Shown: positions 1 through 10,365, numbered from the stretch's first letter. The stretch: 64,000 nucleotides of DNA from an uncultured Chloroflexia bacterium (GCA_963703345.1 OY969814.1:928001-992000); one strand, 5' to 3'. Notes: generated from the letters alone by a model not told the origin. Program-made: numbers and translations.

Positions 1-2631
1 TCCCGGGTCGGCGACCGGGCGGGCGTTGAACATCGTGTTCGAATCCGCCAGCGCGTGGAAAGCGCAGAGGCCCAGGCCATCCTGCGGCACGCCGACTTCG
101 CGTAGCCCCATCGGGTGGCCTACCTTCTTCATCAGCGCCTCCACCGCGTCGGCTGCCGCCAGCGCCGCCTCGCGCTCCTCCATTCCCCTCGTGTCGACGC
201 CCATGGCCTGCGCGACTTGAGAGAGCTTGTTGGCGGCGTAGTCTACGTTAAAGCGCATCACCTTCGGCAGGACGATGCCGCAGGCCATGCCGTGCGGAAC
301 GTTGTGCAGCGTCCCCACGGTGTGCGCCATCGCGTGCGCCAGGCCGACCTGAGCGATGGTGAACGACCAGCCGGCGACCGTGGCGGCTATCTGCATGTTC
401 AGCCGCGCCTTCTCGTTGCTGCCGTCCTCCGCGACGATCGGCAGGTTCTCGTTGATCAGGCGAATCGCATGCAGGGCCAAGCCGTCGCAAATGGGGTTCG
501 CCATGATGCTCGTCATCGCCTCGACGGCGTGGGTCATCGCGTCCATGGCGCTGCCGACGGTCATGCCCTTGGGCAACGTCATCGTCATGCGCGGATCGAG
601 GATGGCGACGTTCGGGGATATTCGCGGGTCGGCGATGAAGAGCTTGCGGCCGGCCATCTTGTTGGTGATGACGGCGGCGTTCGTCACTTCGCTGCCGGTG
701 CCCGCCGTCGTCGGGACGACGATGTGCGGCGTCTGCGGCTCATCGAGCGTCCACCAGCGGTTGATGTAGTCGTTGGCCTTGCCGCCGTTCTTGAGCGTCA
801 CGCAGACGGCCTTGCCGGCATCGATGACGCTGCCGCCGCCGACGCTGACGATGCAGTCGGCCTGGAGCTGGCGCGCCATCTCCGTCGCGGCGTCAACGCA
901 CTCAAGATCCGGGTCCTGGGGAATGGCGTCGAACATGCCCACGCAAAAATCGGCGAGGCTGTTCTTCACGAGGTCGGCCAGGCCGGCCTGCCGCACGCCC
1001 GGGTCGGTCAGGACAAGGGCGTGGCGGCCGCCGAGGTCAACCGCCATCTTGCCAATCGAAGACAGGGTACCGTGCCCCGCTATCACCGCCGTCGGGCAGT
1101 TGTAGGCGAAGCCTTCGATCTTCTTGTCGTCCCGCATGATTGTGAACGGGAAGTTCGTCTTGGCGTCCGAGTAGTACGGCACGTGGATGCGCTTGACCTG
1201 CGTGTACTCCTCCAGGCCCCACTTGCCCAGCTCGCGGCCGACGCCCGACTGCTTGTAGCCGCCGAACGGAACGTACTCGGCGAACACGTGGTAGTTGTTG
1301 ATCCACATCGTGCCGGTGCGGACGCCACGCGCCACCTTTTCGGCGCGGGCGATGTTGGTGGAGAAGACACCGCCGGCCAGGCCGTAGATGGAGTCGTTGG
1401 CGATGGCGATCGCCTCTTCGTCACCGTCGTACTTGATGACGCAGACGACGGGGCCGAAGATCTCCTCCTGGGCGATGCGCGTCTTATTGTCGACGTTGGC
1501 GAAGATGGTCGGCTGGTAGTAGTAGCCGCCTTCCATTCCCTGCACCTCGGCGCGCTTGCCGCCGGTAACGACCTGTGCGCCCTCTTCCTTGCCCAACTGG
1601 ACGTAGTGCTCGATAGTAGCCAGTTGTTCTTTGCTGACCACCGGGCCCATATGCGACGTCGGATCGAGCTGATAGCCGATGCGCATCTCTTCGGCGCGCT
1701 TCTTCATCCGCTCGACGAACTCGTCGTGGATCTTGGAAGGAACGAGGACGCGGGTGCCGGACTCGCAGATCTGCCCCTGGTGGAGGAACGTGCCGAAGCA
1801 GGCGCCCTCGACGGCGAGTTCCATGTCGGCGTCGTCGAGGATGATGTTGGCGGACTTGCCGCCGAGCTCCAGGGTCACCTTCTTCACCGTGCCGGACGCC
1901 AGTCGCATGATCTCGCGTCCCACCTCGGTGCTGCCGGTGAAGGCGATCTTGTCGACGGCGGGATGCGTGCAGATTGTGTTGCCCAGCGAGCCGCCGGGCC
2001 CGGGAATGACGTTGAACACGCCGTTAGGGATGCCGGCCGCCTTGGCGCACTCCGCGAGAATAAGAGCTGTCAGCGGCGTATTCGAGGCCGGCTTGATGAC
2101 GATGGTGTTGCCCATGAGCAGGGCCGGCACGATCTTCCACATCGCCAGCGCCGTCGGGAAGTTCCAGGGGACGATCCCGACGCAGACGCCGATGGGCTCG
2201 CGGCGCACGAACTCGCGTCCGGGGGAGAAGGCGTTTCCGGAGGCGAAGACCTCCTCTTCCATGGGGAACTTGGTCAGCGCATAGGTGGCCAGGTTGCGGG
2301 TAAGCAGGCTGGCCCACAGGCTGATGACCTTGGCGTAGTTGATGATCTGACCGGCATCCATGCACTCTGCCAGGACCAGGCGTATGCCCTGCTGCGAGAT
2401 CTGGTCAGCGAAGTCCTGGAGCAGCGCCGCGCGCTTAGTCAGCTCCATGCCGCTCCAGTCGCCCTTGTCGAAGGCGCGCTTGGCCGCGGCAATTGCGGCC
2501 TCGGCGTCAGCAGTTCCGGCCTTGGCGACCCTGGCGAAGGGAAGGCCGGTCCCGGGGTCGATGGTCTCGAAAGTCGCGCCGTCCTGGGCGTCGACAAATT
2601 CACCGTCTATGAACAGTTTGTATTCATCCAT
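1..2631 (-). CDS. Fused NAD(P)-dependent aldehyde dehydrogenase + iron-containing alcohol dehydrogenase (3' end runs off the window)
   Basis: Read manually on the minus strand: GAGGAGG RBS, start MDEYKLFIDGEFVDA. ALDH motifs TLELGGKSANII, HQGQICESGTR, EEIFGPV, PFGGYKQSG continue in frame into Fe-ADH motifs GGGSVIDAGK, VPTTAGTGSEVT, DAMTHAVE, HAMAH, VPHG. Absent from the ORF track, consistent with no stop inside the window. Confidence 0.9.
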   Translation of the reverse strand, partial: MDEYKLFIDGEFVDAQDGATFETIDPGTGLPFARVAKAGTADAEAAIAAAKRAFDKGDWSGMELTKRAALLQDFADQISQQGIRLVLAECMDAGQIINYAKVISLWASLLTRNLATYALTKFPMEEEVFASGNAFSPGREFVRREPIGVCVGIVPWNFPTALAMWKIVPALLMGNTIVIKPASNTPLTALILAECAKAAGIPNGVFNVIPGPGGSLGNTICTHPAVDKIAFTGSTEVGREIMRLASGTVKKVTLELGGKSANIILDDADMELAVEGACFGTFLHQGQICESGTRVLVPSKIHDEFVERMKKRAEEMRIGYQLDPTSHMGPVVSKEQLATIEHYVQLGKEEGAQVVTGGKRAEVQGMEGGYYYQPTIFANVDNKTRIAQEEIFGPVVCVIKYDGDEEAIAIANDSIYGLAGGVFSTNIARAEKVARGVRTGTMWINNYHVFAEYVPFGGYKQSGVGRELGKWGLEEYTQVKRIHVPYYSDAKTNFPFTIMRDDKKIEGFAYNCPTAVIAGHGTLSSIGKMAVDLGGRHALVLTDPGVRQAGLADLVKNSLADFCVGMFDAIPQDPDLECVDAATEMARQLQADCIVSVGGGSVIDAGKAVCVTLKNGGKANDYINRWWTLDEPQTPHIVVPTTAGTGSEVTNAAVITNKMAGRKLFIADPRISPNVAILDPRMTMTLPKGMTVGSAMDAMTHAVEAMTSIMANPICDGLALHAIRLINENLPIVAEDGSNEKARLNMQIAATVAGWSFTIAQVGLAHAMAHTVGTLHNVPHGMACGIVLPKVMRFNVDYAANKLSQVAQAMGVDTRGMEEREAALAAADAVEALMKKVGHPMGLREVGVPQDGLGLCAFHALADSNTMFNARPVADPG

Positions 2632-3058
2632 TTGGAATTCCTCCTCTCGCACTCGTTGGTGCGGGGACTCGTCAGACTTGGCCGTCGAAGAGTCTTTGAG
2701 TGTCTACGATTGCATTCCTCCTTAGCATATCTTGCCGCTTCAAGAGGTAATAGCAGCATATCACCGGCCAATGATGTCGGGAAGAGGCGCGGGCGATGCG
2801 AGGGTGGACGTGAGGAGCAAGGACCTTCTTCTAGCGACGTGGTGTCGGGGCCGTTCGGGTTGCCGAACGGCCCCCACGGCGCGCCCGCTCGCACGCAGTG
2901 CCGTCGTCTCGAACCGTCCATGGCCGACCCACGTCGCGCCCCGACGAGCGATCTGCTGGGGCCGGCATTTTGCCCGGAAAAGAAGGCCATCTTGTCACGA
3001 ATTCCGGTTGCCTTTTTCCCGAGCCCTGTGATACAAAGGCTGAGGGGTTAGTGACAGA

Positions 3059-4021
3059 ATGTACAAATTACAGAAAGCCGACCTGAACAACCTAATAGCA
3101 TCACTGGCCGGACAGTACCACGTCCTCGCTCCCGTACGCACGGACGCGGTACGATTCCAGGAGGTCAAAAGCGCCGATGCGATTGACCTCAGCGGCAACA
3201 CCTATCTACCCATCAAGCAGTTCTTCTTTCCCCAGCAGGAGACCCTGTTCGAGTTCGCGGGCGACAAGATAAACGTGCCGCTGCCGGAGTCGGAGAAGCG
3301 AGTCTTCTTCGGCGTCCGGCGCTGCGACCTCAACGGTGTCGCCCACCAGGACCGCGTCTACCTGGAAGAGCCGCAGAACCCGTACTACGCGGCGCGACGC
3401 AAGAATGCCGTCCTCATCGGCCTTCACTGCGCTCAACCCTGCAACCAGTACGCCTTCTGCGGTAGCATGGACCTCAAGGACCACCATGACCTGTGGATGG
3501 CGGACCGCGGCGACCACTTCCTCGTAGAAGCGGGCAGCGAGGAGGGCGAAAACCTGGCCAAGCAGCTCTCGTCCTACCTCAAGCCGACGGACGAAGGCCC
3601 GGCGGAGCGCACGACTCCCGGCACCGACAAGCTCAAGACCACGAAGATAGCCGCCCTCTACGGCAACCCGGAGTGGGAGAGCGGCGTCAAATGGTGCCTG
3701 AGCTGCGCCGCCTGCACCACCACCTGCCCGACCTGCTACTGCCACGAGATCGCCGACACCGTCGAGTCCTCCGATACGTCGAAGGGGCAACGGGTCCGCA
3801 ACTGGTCGAGCTGCCAGCTCAAGGAGTTCAGCCGCGTCGCCGGCGATCTCTTCTTCCGCGACGCGCGCAGCGAGCGCTTCCGCTTCCGCATCTACCACCA
3901 GATCGAGTACTACCGCGAACGCTACGGCGTGACGATGTGCGTCGGCTGCGGGCGTTGCATCTCCAACTGCCCCACGCGAATCGACTGGGTAAGCATCGTG
4001 AACCGGATGGTGGCGCAATGA
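3059..4021 (+). CDS. hydB: Group 3b (sulfhydrogenase-type) hydrogenase beta subunit, AsrA-like 4Fe-4S protein
   Basis: CLSCAACTTTCPTCYC and CVGCGRCISNCP motifs, GVRRCD; first gene of the beta-gamma-delta-alpha order. Confidence 0.88.
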   Translation: MYKLQKADLNNLIASLAGQYHVLAPVRTDAVRFQEVKSADAIDLSGNTYLPIKQFFFPQQETLFEFAGDKINVPLPESEKRVFFGVRRCDLNGVAHQDRVYLEEPQNPYYAARRKNAVLIGLHCAQPCNQYAFCGSMDLKDHHDLWMADRGDHFLVEAGSEEGENLAKQLSSYLKPTDEGPAERTTPGTDKLKTTKIAALYGNPEWESGVKWCLSCAACTTTCPTCYCHEIADTVESSDTSKGQRVRNWSSCQLKEFSRVAGDLFFRDARSERFRFRIYHQIEYYRERYGVTMCVGCGRCISNCPTRIDWVSIVNRMVAQ

Positions 4022-4818
4022 CAAACACAAACGTTTACCTACCGCAGCCCGTAAAGGTGCTGGAGAACCTGCGTGAGACCAAAGAGAATTTCCGCCTTAT
4101 CCTGGACATACCCTTCGAGAACGACCCCGGCCAGTTCGTCCAGATTTCGCGGCTGGGCATTGGCGAAGCGCCAATCTCCATCGCCTCCTGGCATCGGGAC
4201 TACCTGATGCTCCACATCCGCGAGGTAGGCACCGTCACCCGCGCCCTCGGGCGCTGCGAGCCCGGCGACACGGTCTTCATCCGCGGCCCCTACGGCAAGG
4301 GCTACCCGATGAAAGAGGCGGAGGGCCTCAACATGGTAATCGTGGCCGGCGGCTGCGGCGTCGCCTCCGTGAAGGGTGTCTTCGACTACGTCGAGAAGAA
4401 CCGCGAGAAGTACAACGAGGTCTACGCCTACGTCGGCTACCGCAACTCGAAGGAGGTCATCTTTGAGGACTTCGTCGAGCAATGGAAGAAGGACATGCGC
4501 GTCCTCGTGTCGCTGGACACGCTGAGCGAGGGGACCTGCTTCGACGCCAGCGAGAGCTTCGTCAGCGACCTCGTGAAGGCGACGAACCTGCCGGCAGGCG
4601 ATACGGTCGCCATGCTCTGCGGCCCGCCGATCATGATGAAGCTCTCCGGCCAGGCGCTGCTGGACAAGGGCCTACGCGAAGACCACGTCTACGTGTCCGA
4701 AGAGCGGCTCATGTACTGCGCTACCGGCACCTGCTGTCACTGCATGATCGGCTCCACATTCACCTGCAAAGACGGACCGGTGTTCCGTTGGGACCAACTG
4801 AAGGAGCACACGCCGTGA
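4018..4818 (+). CDS. hydG: Group 3b hydrogenase gamma subunit, FAD/NAD(P)-binding, 2Fe-2S
   Basis: PGQFVQ, GEAPISIAS, RGPYGKGY, AGGCG, CGPPIMM, MYCATGTCCHC...CKDGPVF; ATG overlaps the upstream TGA. Confidence 0.88.
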   Translation: MTNTNVYLPQPVKVLENLRETKENFRLILDIPFENDPGQFVQISRLGIGEAPISIASWHRDYLMLHIREVGTVTRALGRCEPGDTVFIRGPYGKGYPMKEAEGLNMVIVAGGCGVASVKGVFDYVEKNREKYNEVYAYVGYRNSKEVIFEDFVEQWKKDMRVLVSLDTLSEGTCFDASESFVSDLVKATNLPAGDTVAMLCGPPIMMKLSGQALLDKGLREDHVYVSEERLMYCATGTCCHCMIGSTFTCKDGPVFRWDQLKEHTP

Positions 4819-5576
4819 GTGAGAAACTGAAAGTCGGAGTCCTGGACATTACCGGTTGCAACGGTTGCGTGCTCTCCGTTGCTTTCAACGAGGACGAAGT
4901 GCTCGACATCTTCGACCTGGTCGACGTGCTCGAATACCGCTTCGTCTCCGACCCGGCGGAAGAGAAGCCGGAGTTGGACATCGTTCTCCTGGAGGGCATG
5001 GTCGCCTCGGCGCGCGACCTTGAGTTTCTGAAAGACATCCGCGCCCGCACGAAGATCCTCGTTGCCCTCGGCACTTGCGCTCACACCGGCTGTATTCCCG
5101 CCTACAAGAAGTGGGCGCCGAAAGAGAACCTCGCCCGCCTGCAGTTCCCGAAGACCGACGACATCGCCGACGTCGAAGTGACGGCGCAGGACGAGCACGT
5201 CAAGGTCGACGCCGTTATCCCCGGCTGCCCGCCGAACCGACGCGAAGTGCTTGAAGTCATCAAGAACCTCGTCATCGGCAAGGGCTACCGGCCCTACACC
5301 CTGCCCGTCTGCGTCGAATGCCGGCGCAACAACAATCAGTGCCTACTTGAGTCCAACAAGCCTTGCCTCGGCTCGATTACGACCGGCGGCTGCTTTGCCA
5401 TCTGCGTCAACGCCGGCCTCGAGTGCTGGGGTTGCCGTGGCCAGACGGCCGACGCCAACCTCGACGCCTTCATGAAAATGCTCGAGGGCAAGGGCTTTAG
5501 CCGCGACTTTATCCTGGAACGAATGCGCACTTTCGTCGGCCGTAAGATTCCTGCGCTAGAAGCAACAGCGGGGTAA
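4815..5576 (+). CDS. hydD: Group 3b hydrogenase small (delta) subunit
   Basis: GTG overlaps the upstream stop; TGCNGC, LEG, ALGTCAHTG, IPGCPP, VCVEC...CL...CLG...C...C...CWGCRG. Confidence 0.88.
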   Translation: MSEKLKVGVLDITGCNGCVLSVAFNEDEVLDIFDLVDVLEYRFVSDPAEEKPELDIVLLEGMVASARDLEFLKDIRARTKILVALGTCAHTGCIPAYKKWAPKENLARLQFPKTDDIADVEVTAQDEHVKVDAVIPGCPPNRREVLEVIKNLVIGKGYRPYTLPVCVECRRNNNQCLLESNKPCLGSITTGGCFAICVNAGLECWGCRGQTADANLDAFMKMLEGKGFSRDFILERMRTFVGRKIPALEATAG

Positions 5577-5581
5577 GCCTG

Positions 5582-6859
5582 ATGACGACTACGAACCTGA
5601 CACTGGACGAAATCACCAAGATCGAAGGGCATGCCGTCCTCGAGCTGAAGATCACGGACGGCAAGATCGAGGACTGCCACCTGAGGGACGTCGAGGGCAG
5701 CCGCTACTTCGAGGGGCTGCTCGTCGGCCGCCGCTACGACGAGGCGTACTGGATCTCCAGCCGCATATGAGGCATCTGTAGCTGCGGCCACGTTGTGGCT
5801 GCCGTAACCGCAATGGAGAGCGCGCTGGGCATCGAGCCCAGCCAACAGACGCACGACCTGCGCGTCCTTCTGACGATGGGCGAGCGCATTCGTAGCCATG
5901 CTGCCCACCTCTACTTCCTCGCCCTGCCGGACTACCTGGGCGCGCCCAACGCCGTCGCCATCGCGGCGGACAAGCCGGATGCGGTGAAAATGGCCGTCGC
6001 CCTTATGAAGGCCGGCAATGACATGGTGAGGGTAATCGGCGGACGCGACATGCACCCCGAGTCGGCGACAGTCGGCGGCTGGTTGCACTTCCCGTCGCAG
6101 GAACAGGTTGACGGCCTGCGGGCGCGGCTGGAAGAGCTCCGACCCGGCGCCGTCGCCACCGCTCAGCTATTCAACAGCCTGCCGTACCCGGACTTCCACC
6201 ACGGCGCCGAGCACTTCTCGCTGCACAACGACAAGGAGTACGTCTCCCTGCGGGGCACGATCAAGAGCGCGAATCACGAGTTCGAGCGCCGCGACTACCT
6301 GAAGTTCGTGCAGGAGTACCACGAGCCGGACATGACCGCCAACTTCGTGGTCCGCGAAGGCCACGCGTACATGGTCGGCGCGCTTCCGCGCATCAACAAT
6401 AACTTCGACCAGCTTTCGCCGGAAGCCAAGCAACTGGCGAAGGCCGGAAAGCTGATGGACAATCTGGACAACCCGTACTACAACAACGTCGCCCAGGCCG
6501 TGGAGCTCGTCGCCGCTGTGGACCAGGCGATCGAGATGCTGGGTAGGGTCAAGCCGCGCCCCGAGCCGCTGATGGAGATCAAACCGCACGCCTGCCGGGG
6601 CGTTGGGACCGTCGAGGTGCCGCGCGGCACGCTCTGGCACGAATACGAGCTGGACGATACCGGCCACGTGAAGCACGCCAACATCATCACGCCGACGGCC
6701 CAGAACCTGCGCAGCATCGAAGACGACATCCGCCAGTTCCTGCCGGCGATAGTGCACCTGTCGCGCGGGCAAATGGCGGACGCGCTGGAGAAGCTCATTC
6801 GCTCCTATGACCCCTGCCTCTCCTGCGCCGCTCACTTCCTGCGCATCGAAGACATCTAG
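5582..6859 (+). CDS. hydA: Group 3b [NiFe] hydrogenase large (alpha) subunit with in-frame UGA at codon 63 (probable selenocysteine)
   Basis: ORFs 5582..5770 and 5795..6859 share a frame. KIEGH, RYFEGLL, SSRI-TGA-GICSCGH (L1), EVPRGTLWH, IITPTAQN, RSYDPCLSCAAH followed by a cleavable tail (L2). Confidence 0.9.
5784..5802 (+). promoter_or_regulatory. Putative bacterial SECIS hairpin of hydA
   Basis: GCGGCCAC-GTT-GTGGCTGC forms an 8-bp stem (one G-U); loop G lies 22 nt after the TGA at 5768-5770. Confidence 0.7.
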
Positions 6860-6940
6860 AGCGTCCCAACGACATCCCCAGGCCCGTCTCGGCTTCCGCC
6901 AGGCGGGCCTTTCCTTTCCCGTCGCGTATGATTGACAGCG

Positions 6941-7569
6941 ATGCCGGAAGAGAAGCGCCTGTCCGCTATCATCCTCGTCGGCGGCCTCAGCCGGCGCCTG
7001 GGAGGAAACAAGGCGTCGGAGGTCGTCGGCGGGCGATCTCTCCTGCAGCACGTCGTTGACGCCGTGTCGCCGCTTGCGGGCGAGATCGTCGTCGTCGGCG
7101 CGCGCGGCGGTCCGTTTCCCGAAGTGGAGTCGGTCTTGCCGGTTCGCAGGGTCGAAGACGTGCGCGAACGAGCGGGCGCGCTCGGCGGGCTGTACACCGG
7201 CCTGCTTGCCGCCGAACACAGCGAAGCCGCCGCCCTCGCTGCGACATGCCTCTGCTCTCTCTGCCGCTCTTGCGCCACCTTCGCGGCCTGCTGACCGACG
7301 AGTGGGACGTGGTGATGCCGCTTTGGCACGGTCGCGAGGAGCCGCTGCACTCCTTCTACCGACGCACCTGCGTCCCGGCTATCGAGCGACTGCTCGACCG
7401 CGGCGGCCGGCGCTTCGTCGATTTCCTGCCAGAGGTGCGCGTGCGCTACGTTTCCGAGGAAGAAGTAAAGCGATTCGATCCGGAAGGGCGGAGCTTCTGG
7501 AACGTCAACAACGAAGACGACCTGCGGCGGCTGCGCCCCCTTCTGGAGAGCAAGAGCCGAGGCGGCTAG
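6941..7569 (+). pseudogene. mobA: Molybdenum cofactor guanylyltransferase MobA, frameshifted (1-nt loss near 7238-7240; pseudogene or sequence error)
   Basis: IILVGGLSRRLGGNKA and GALGGLYTGL in one frame; CDMPLL, EEPLHSFY, FWNVNNEDD in the next. One added base restores LACDMP. Confidence 0.8.
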
Positions 7570-7976
7570 TCTGGCGTCGCCCCGTTGCGCCGCGAGTGCA
7601 TTCTGTCCGGCAGGCCCGTTAGCAACCGCAACAACTGCTCTCGCACGACATCGACGCCGACGCCCATGGGCAGCGCGATAACCGGCACGCTGACGCCGTA
7701 GAGCTTCTGGACGACCTTCAGGAAGACGGCGGGGTCGAGATCGTGCGCGGTGACGCGCGGCGGCGGCAGAAAGCGCTCCGGCTCCGTGATCAGGGTCACT
7801 TCGCCCACGCCTTCCGCCACATCCATCACGTACAGATCTTCCTCCAGATACTCAATCATCTCCTCCGGTGAAGAGCTCGTGATGAACGTGACCCCCGGGA
7901 CCTCGAGCGAAAGGCCCAGCTCCACCGCCACCGAGTCTTCGGGAATAGCGCGGTTGCCGAAACAGAGAACAATCAT
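7566..7976 (-). CDS. Hydrogenase maturation endopeptidase-like protein (HycI/HyaD family)
   Basis: VLCFGNRAIPEDSVA, VMDVA and TAHDL match the GNxxxxDD / vDA / sH pattern; adjacent to a large subunit with a C-terminal extension. Confidence 0.7.
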   Translation of the reverse strand: MIVLCFGNRAIPEDSVAVELGLSLEVPGVTFITSSSPEEMIEYLEEDLYVMDVAEGVGEVTLITEPERFLPPPRVTAHDLDPAVFLKVVQKLYGVSVPVIALPMGVGVDVVREQLLRLLTGLPDRMHSRRNGATPD

Positions 7977-8157
7977 CCCAATCCCATCATAGGGCCTGCG
8001 GCTCTGCCTGAGAAGTCGAATGCTTGCTGTTCGCACATTTTGCTCTAGAAAGGGGGTGCAGCTACGCTCTATTCCTAGTACCATACCCGCATTGGAATTC
8101 GCACTACTGACGTCCGCGCTCGCTGACCGCCGTGGGCGACGTTCAGGAGGCATCGCT

Positions 8158-8616
8158 ATGAGGCACGAAACGAACGCAAAACAGGATGAAATTATCATGT
8201 CAGACGGCCGGCTCGTATATGCTGTGTCGGCGATTATGCGAAAAGCCTCCGACAGGGCACTGGCGCCCTGGGGTGTCAGTATATCCCAGGCGCCGGTCCT
8301 CGTCGTTCTCCGTGAGGCCGGCTATCCCCTGACGGTAAGTGAAATGGCCCGGCACCTCTATCTGGAGACCCCCAGCATCACGACGATGGTCGACCGGCTG
8401 GCAGAGCGCGGTTTCGTGGAGCGACTAAAGGACCGCGAGGATCGGCGCAAGACGCTTGTGCAACTCACCAAATCGGGAAAGAAGTTGGTGGACAGCATCC
8501 GTGAACCGGGAGAGCAGTTGCAGGAAGAGATGTTCGCCGTGCTGGGTCGCAAAGAGCGGGAGACGCTTCGGGTCATCCTGCAGAAGCTCCGCGACGGCAA
8601 CGCGAGCCGCATCTAG
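8158..8616 (+). CDS. MarR-family transcriptional regulator
   Basis: AGGAGG RBS; ITTMVDRLAERGFVERLKDREDRRKTLVQLTKSG wHTH. Confidence 0.9.
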   Translation: MRHETNAKQDEIIMSDGRLVYAVSAIMRKASDRALAPWGVSISQAPVLVVLREAGYPLTVSEMARHLYLETPSITTMVDRLAERGFVERLKDREDRRKTLVQLTKSGKKLVDSIREPGEQLQEEMFAVLGRKERETLRVILQKLRDGNASRI

Positions 8617-8654
8617 AGCCAAATAATTCTTTTTGATCCTCCCCTCGCCGCCTC

Positions 8655-8682
8655 TTGACAAAACCGTTATTATAGGTAAAAT
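8655..8682 (+). promoter_or_regulatory. Sigma70-like promoter for the vWA gene
   Basis: TTGACA-N16-TAAAAT in an AT-rich intergenic stretch. Confidence 0.5.
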
Positions 8683-8799
8683 GCGATTACAGATCATATT
8701 GTTCTCCCCGCCGCGTCCTTGTCCTCCAGACGAGTGTCGTCTGGGCTAGCTTCGTCGTAACTCCCTGCTGTTGCGGCGCGGATAAAGGGGGCTGTAGCC

Positions 8800-10347
8800 A
8801 TGAGACGGATCTTCGCTATCCTGGCCATACTTGCGGCGCTCGGTTGTCTCGTGTTTCTTGCGACCAGACAGGGAGGAGGCGACAGCTCCGTCCGCGCCGT
8901 CGGCGCCGCCACGACGCTGGATCCGCCCGCGACGTGCATGGTCCCGGCTGATCTGGACGTGGTCATCGTCATCGACCGGACGGGCAGCATGATCACTAAC
9001 ACCAGCGGCATCCCGGCCGAGACCCGCCTGTACTGGGCGAAACTCGCCGCCCTGAGGCTTGTCAACGGCATGGCGGGCGGCGAGACGGAACCCAGCTTGA
9101 GCCCCCACCACGTCGAAGTCATAACGTTCGACGGGGGGCCGACTGCCGATCTTGTCATTGGCTTCAGCGGTGACGCGGTCGCCCTTCGCGCCGCCATCAA
9201 CGGCATCAGCAACCCTTCGGAGCAAACCGACACCTACATCGCTCCCGCCCTCACGAGGGCGACGACCGACCTGAACGCGCACGTCCATGGCGGCCCTAAC
9301 GGCTCCTACAAGGCCGTCGTCCTCCTCTCAGACGGCAGAAACTACGCCGACGGCGATCCCACTACCGGCACTACCTGCGGCCCAACTCATCAACGACGAT
9401 TGGACACGGAGAACGCCATCCCGGGCCTTGACGCCGCCGCCGACACCGTCTACACGATCGGCATCGGCAGCCCGACATGCGGCGCCTATCACCTGCCCTG
9501 CGACCCTATGTCGTGCGACCCGAATGAGCTTGACACCTCCCTTCTCACGGACATCGCCAAAGGCCCGCCCGGCGACTCGACGATCGCGCAGGACGCCTAC
9601 ACGCTGCCGGACATCTACGGCGAGATTTCGCAGGAAATGGTGAACATCTGCGTCAACTTCACCGGCCACAAGTACGACGACCTGGCCTGCGATGGCACCG
9701 CCGGCAGCAATCCTCCTCTCGGGGGGGTCAATATGGTGCTCTTGCAGGGAGGCAGCATCGTTGGCCAAAAGACGACCGACCAGGGCGGCGCCTACATCTT
9801 CGTCGATGAGGCGCCTGGAACCTACACAATTTGCGAAGACCTGTCCTCGGACCGTGTAGAGACCGTACCCCTGTCGGGAAGCGGCACAGTCTCGCAGCCG
9901 CCCTACGGCGTCTGCTACGAGCGCACTCTATTGACAGCCGGCGGGATCGAGTCCGGGCTGGACTTCTACAACTGTGTTCCACCCACTCCGACTCCGACTC
10001 CGACGCCGACATCCACGTTCACGCCGACGCCCACGTCTACTTTCACGTCAACGCCCACAGCGACATCCACATCCACGCCCACGCGGACGCCAACGCAAAC
10101 GTCCACGGCCACCCGCACGCCCACCTCGACCTGGACAAGCACGCCGACGTCTACGCCAACAATATCCCACCAGGGGGTCGGCGGAATAGTCAGGCTGCCA
10201 CCTGCCGCCATCGCTGCTGAATCCGCCTCCGACCCGCAGCCTTCCGCGCGTCTCGCCTCCGTCTGGATGGCAGTCGTCGGCGCCACGGCCGGCATTGTGG
10301 CAATTTGCTTTGTAGGCTGGCATACTAGAAGGCGTCGGTTGCCATAG
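8800..10347 (+). CDS. Secreted vWA-domain surface protein with SdrD-B-like domain, Thr/Pro linker and C-terminal membrane anchor
   Basis: Signal peptide; MIDAS DRTGS...T...LSDG; GHKYDD...LGGVNMVL...[10 protein letters not shown]; TPT repeats; VGG motif + TM + RRRR. Confidence 0.8.
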   Translation: MRRIFAILAILAALGCLVFLATRQGGGDSSVRAVGAATTLDPPATCMVPADLDVVIVIDRTGSMITNTSGIPAETRLYWAKLAALRLVNGMAGGETEPSLSPHHVEVITFDGGPTADLVIGFSGDAVALRAAINGISNPSEQTDTYIAPALTRATTDLNAHVHGGPNGSYKAVVLLSDGRNYADGDPTTGTTCGPTHQRRLDTENAIPGLDAAADTVYTIGIGSPTCGAYHLPCDPMSCDPNELDTSLLTDIAKGPPGDSTIAQDAYTLPDIYGEISQEMVNICVNFTGHKYDDLACDGTAGSNPPLGGVNMVLLQGGSIVGQKTTDQGGAYIFVDEAPGTYTICEDLSSDRVETVPLSGSGTVSQPPYGVCYERTLLTAGGIESGLDFYNCVPPTPTPTPTPTSTFTPTPTSTFTSTPTATSTSTPTRTPTQTSTATRTPTSTWTSTPTSTPTISHQGVGGIVRLPPAAIAAESASDPQPSARLASVWMAVVGATAGIVAICFVGWHTRRRRLP

Positions 10348-10365
10348 CCTAGGAAAGGCGTTCCA

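Noticed and set aside
115-3051. 978-aa plus-strand ORF
   Set aside because: Codon-register antisense shadow of the ALDH/ADH gene with no recognisable motifs; the same applies to the many other long antisense ORFs in this GC-rich DNA.
3049-3066. Rex-like site TAGTGA-N6-GTACAA at the hydB start
   Set aside because: Several mismatches to TTGTGA-N6-TCACAA and only a single copy; too weak to call.
5582-5794. hydA as two genes or a nonsense pseudogene
   Set aside because: Same frame, stop exactly at a Ni-ligand Cys, SECIS-like hairpin, intact operon and protease. Recoding is favoured but not proven.
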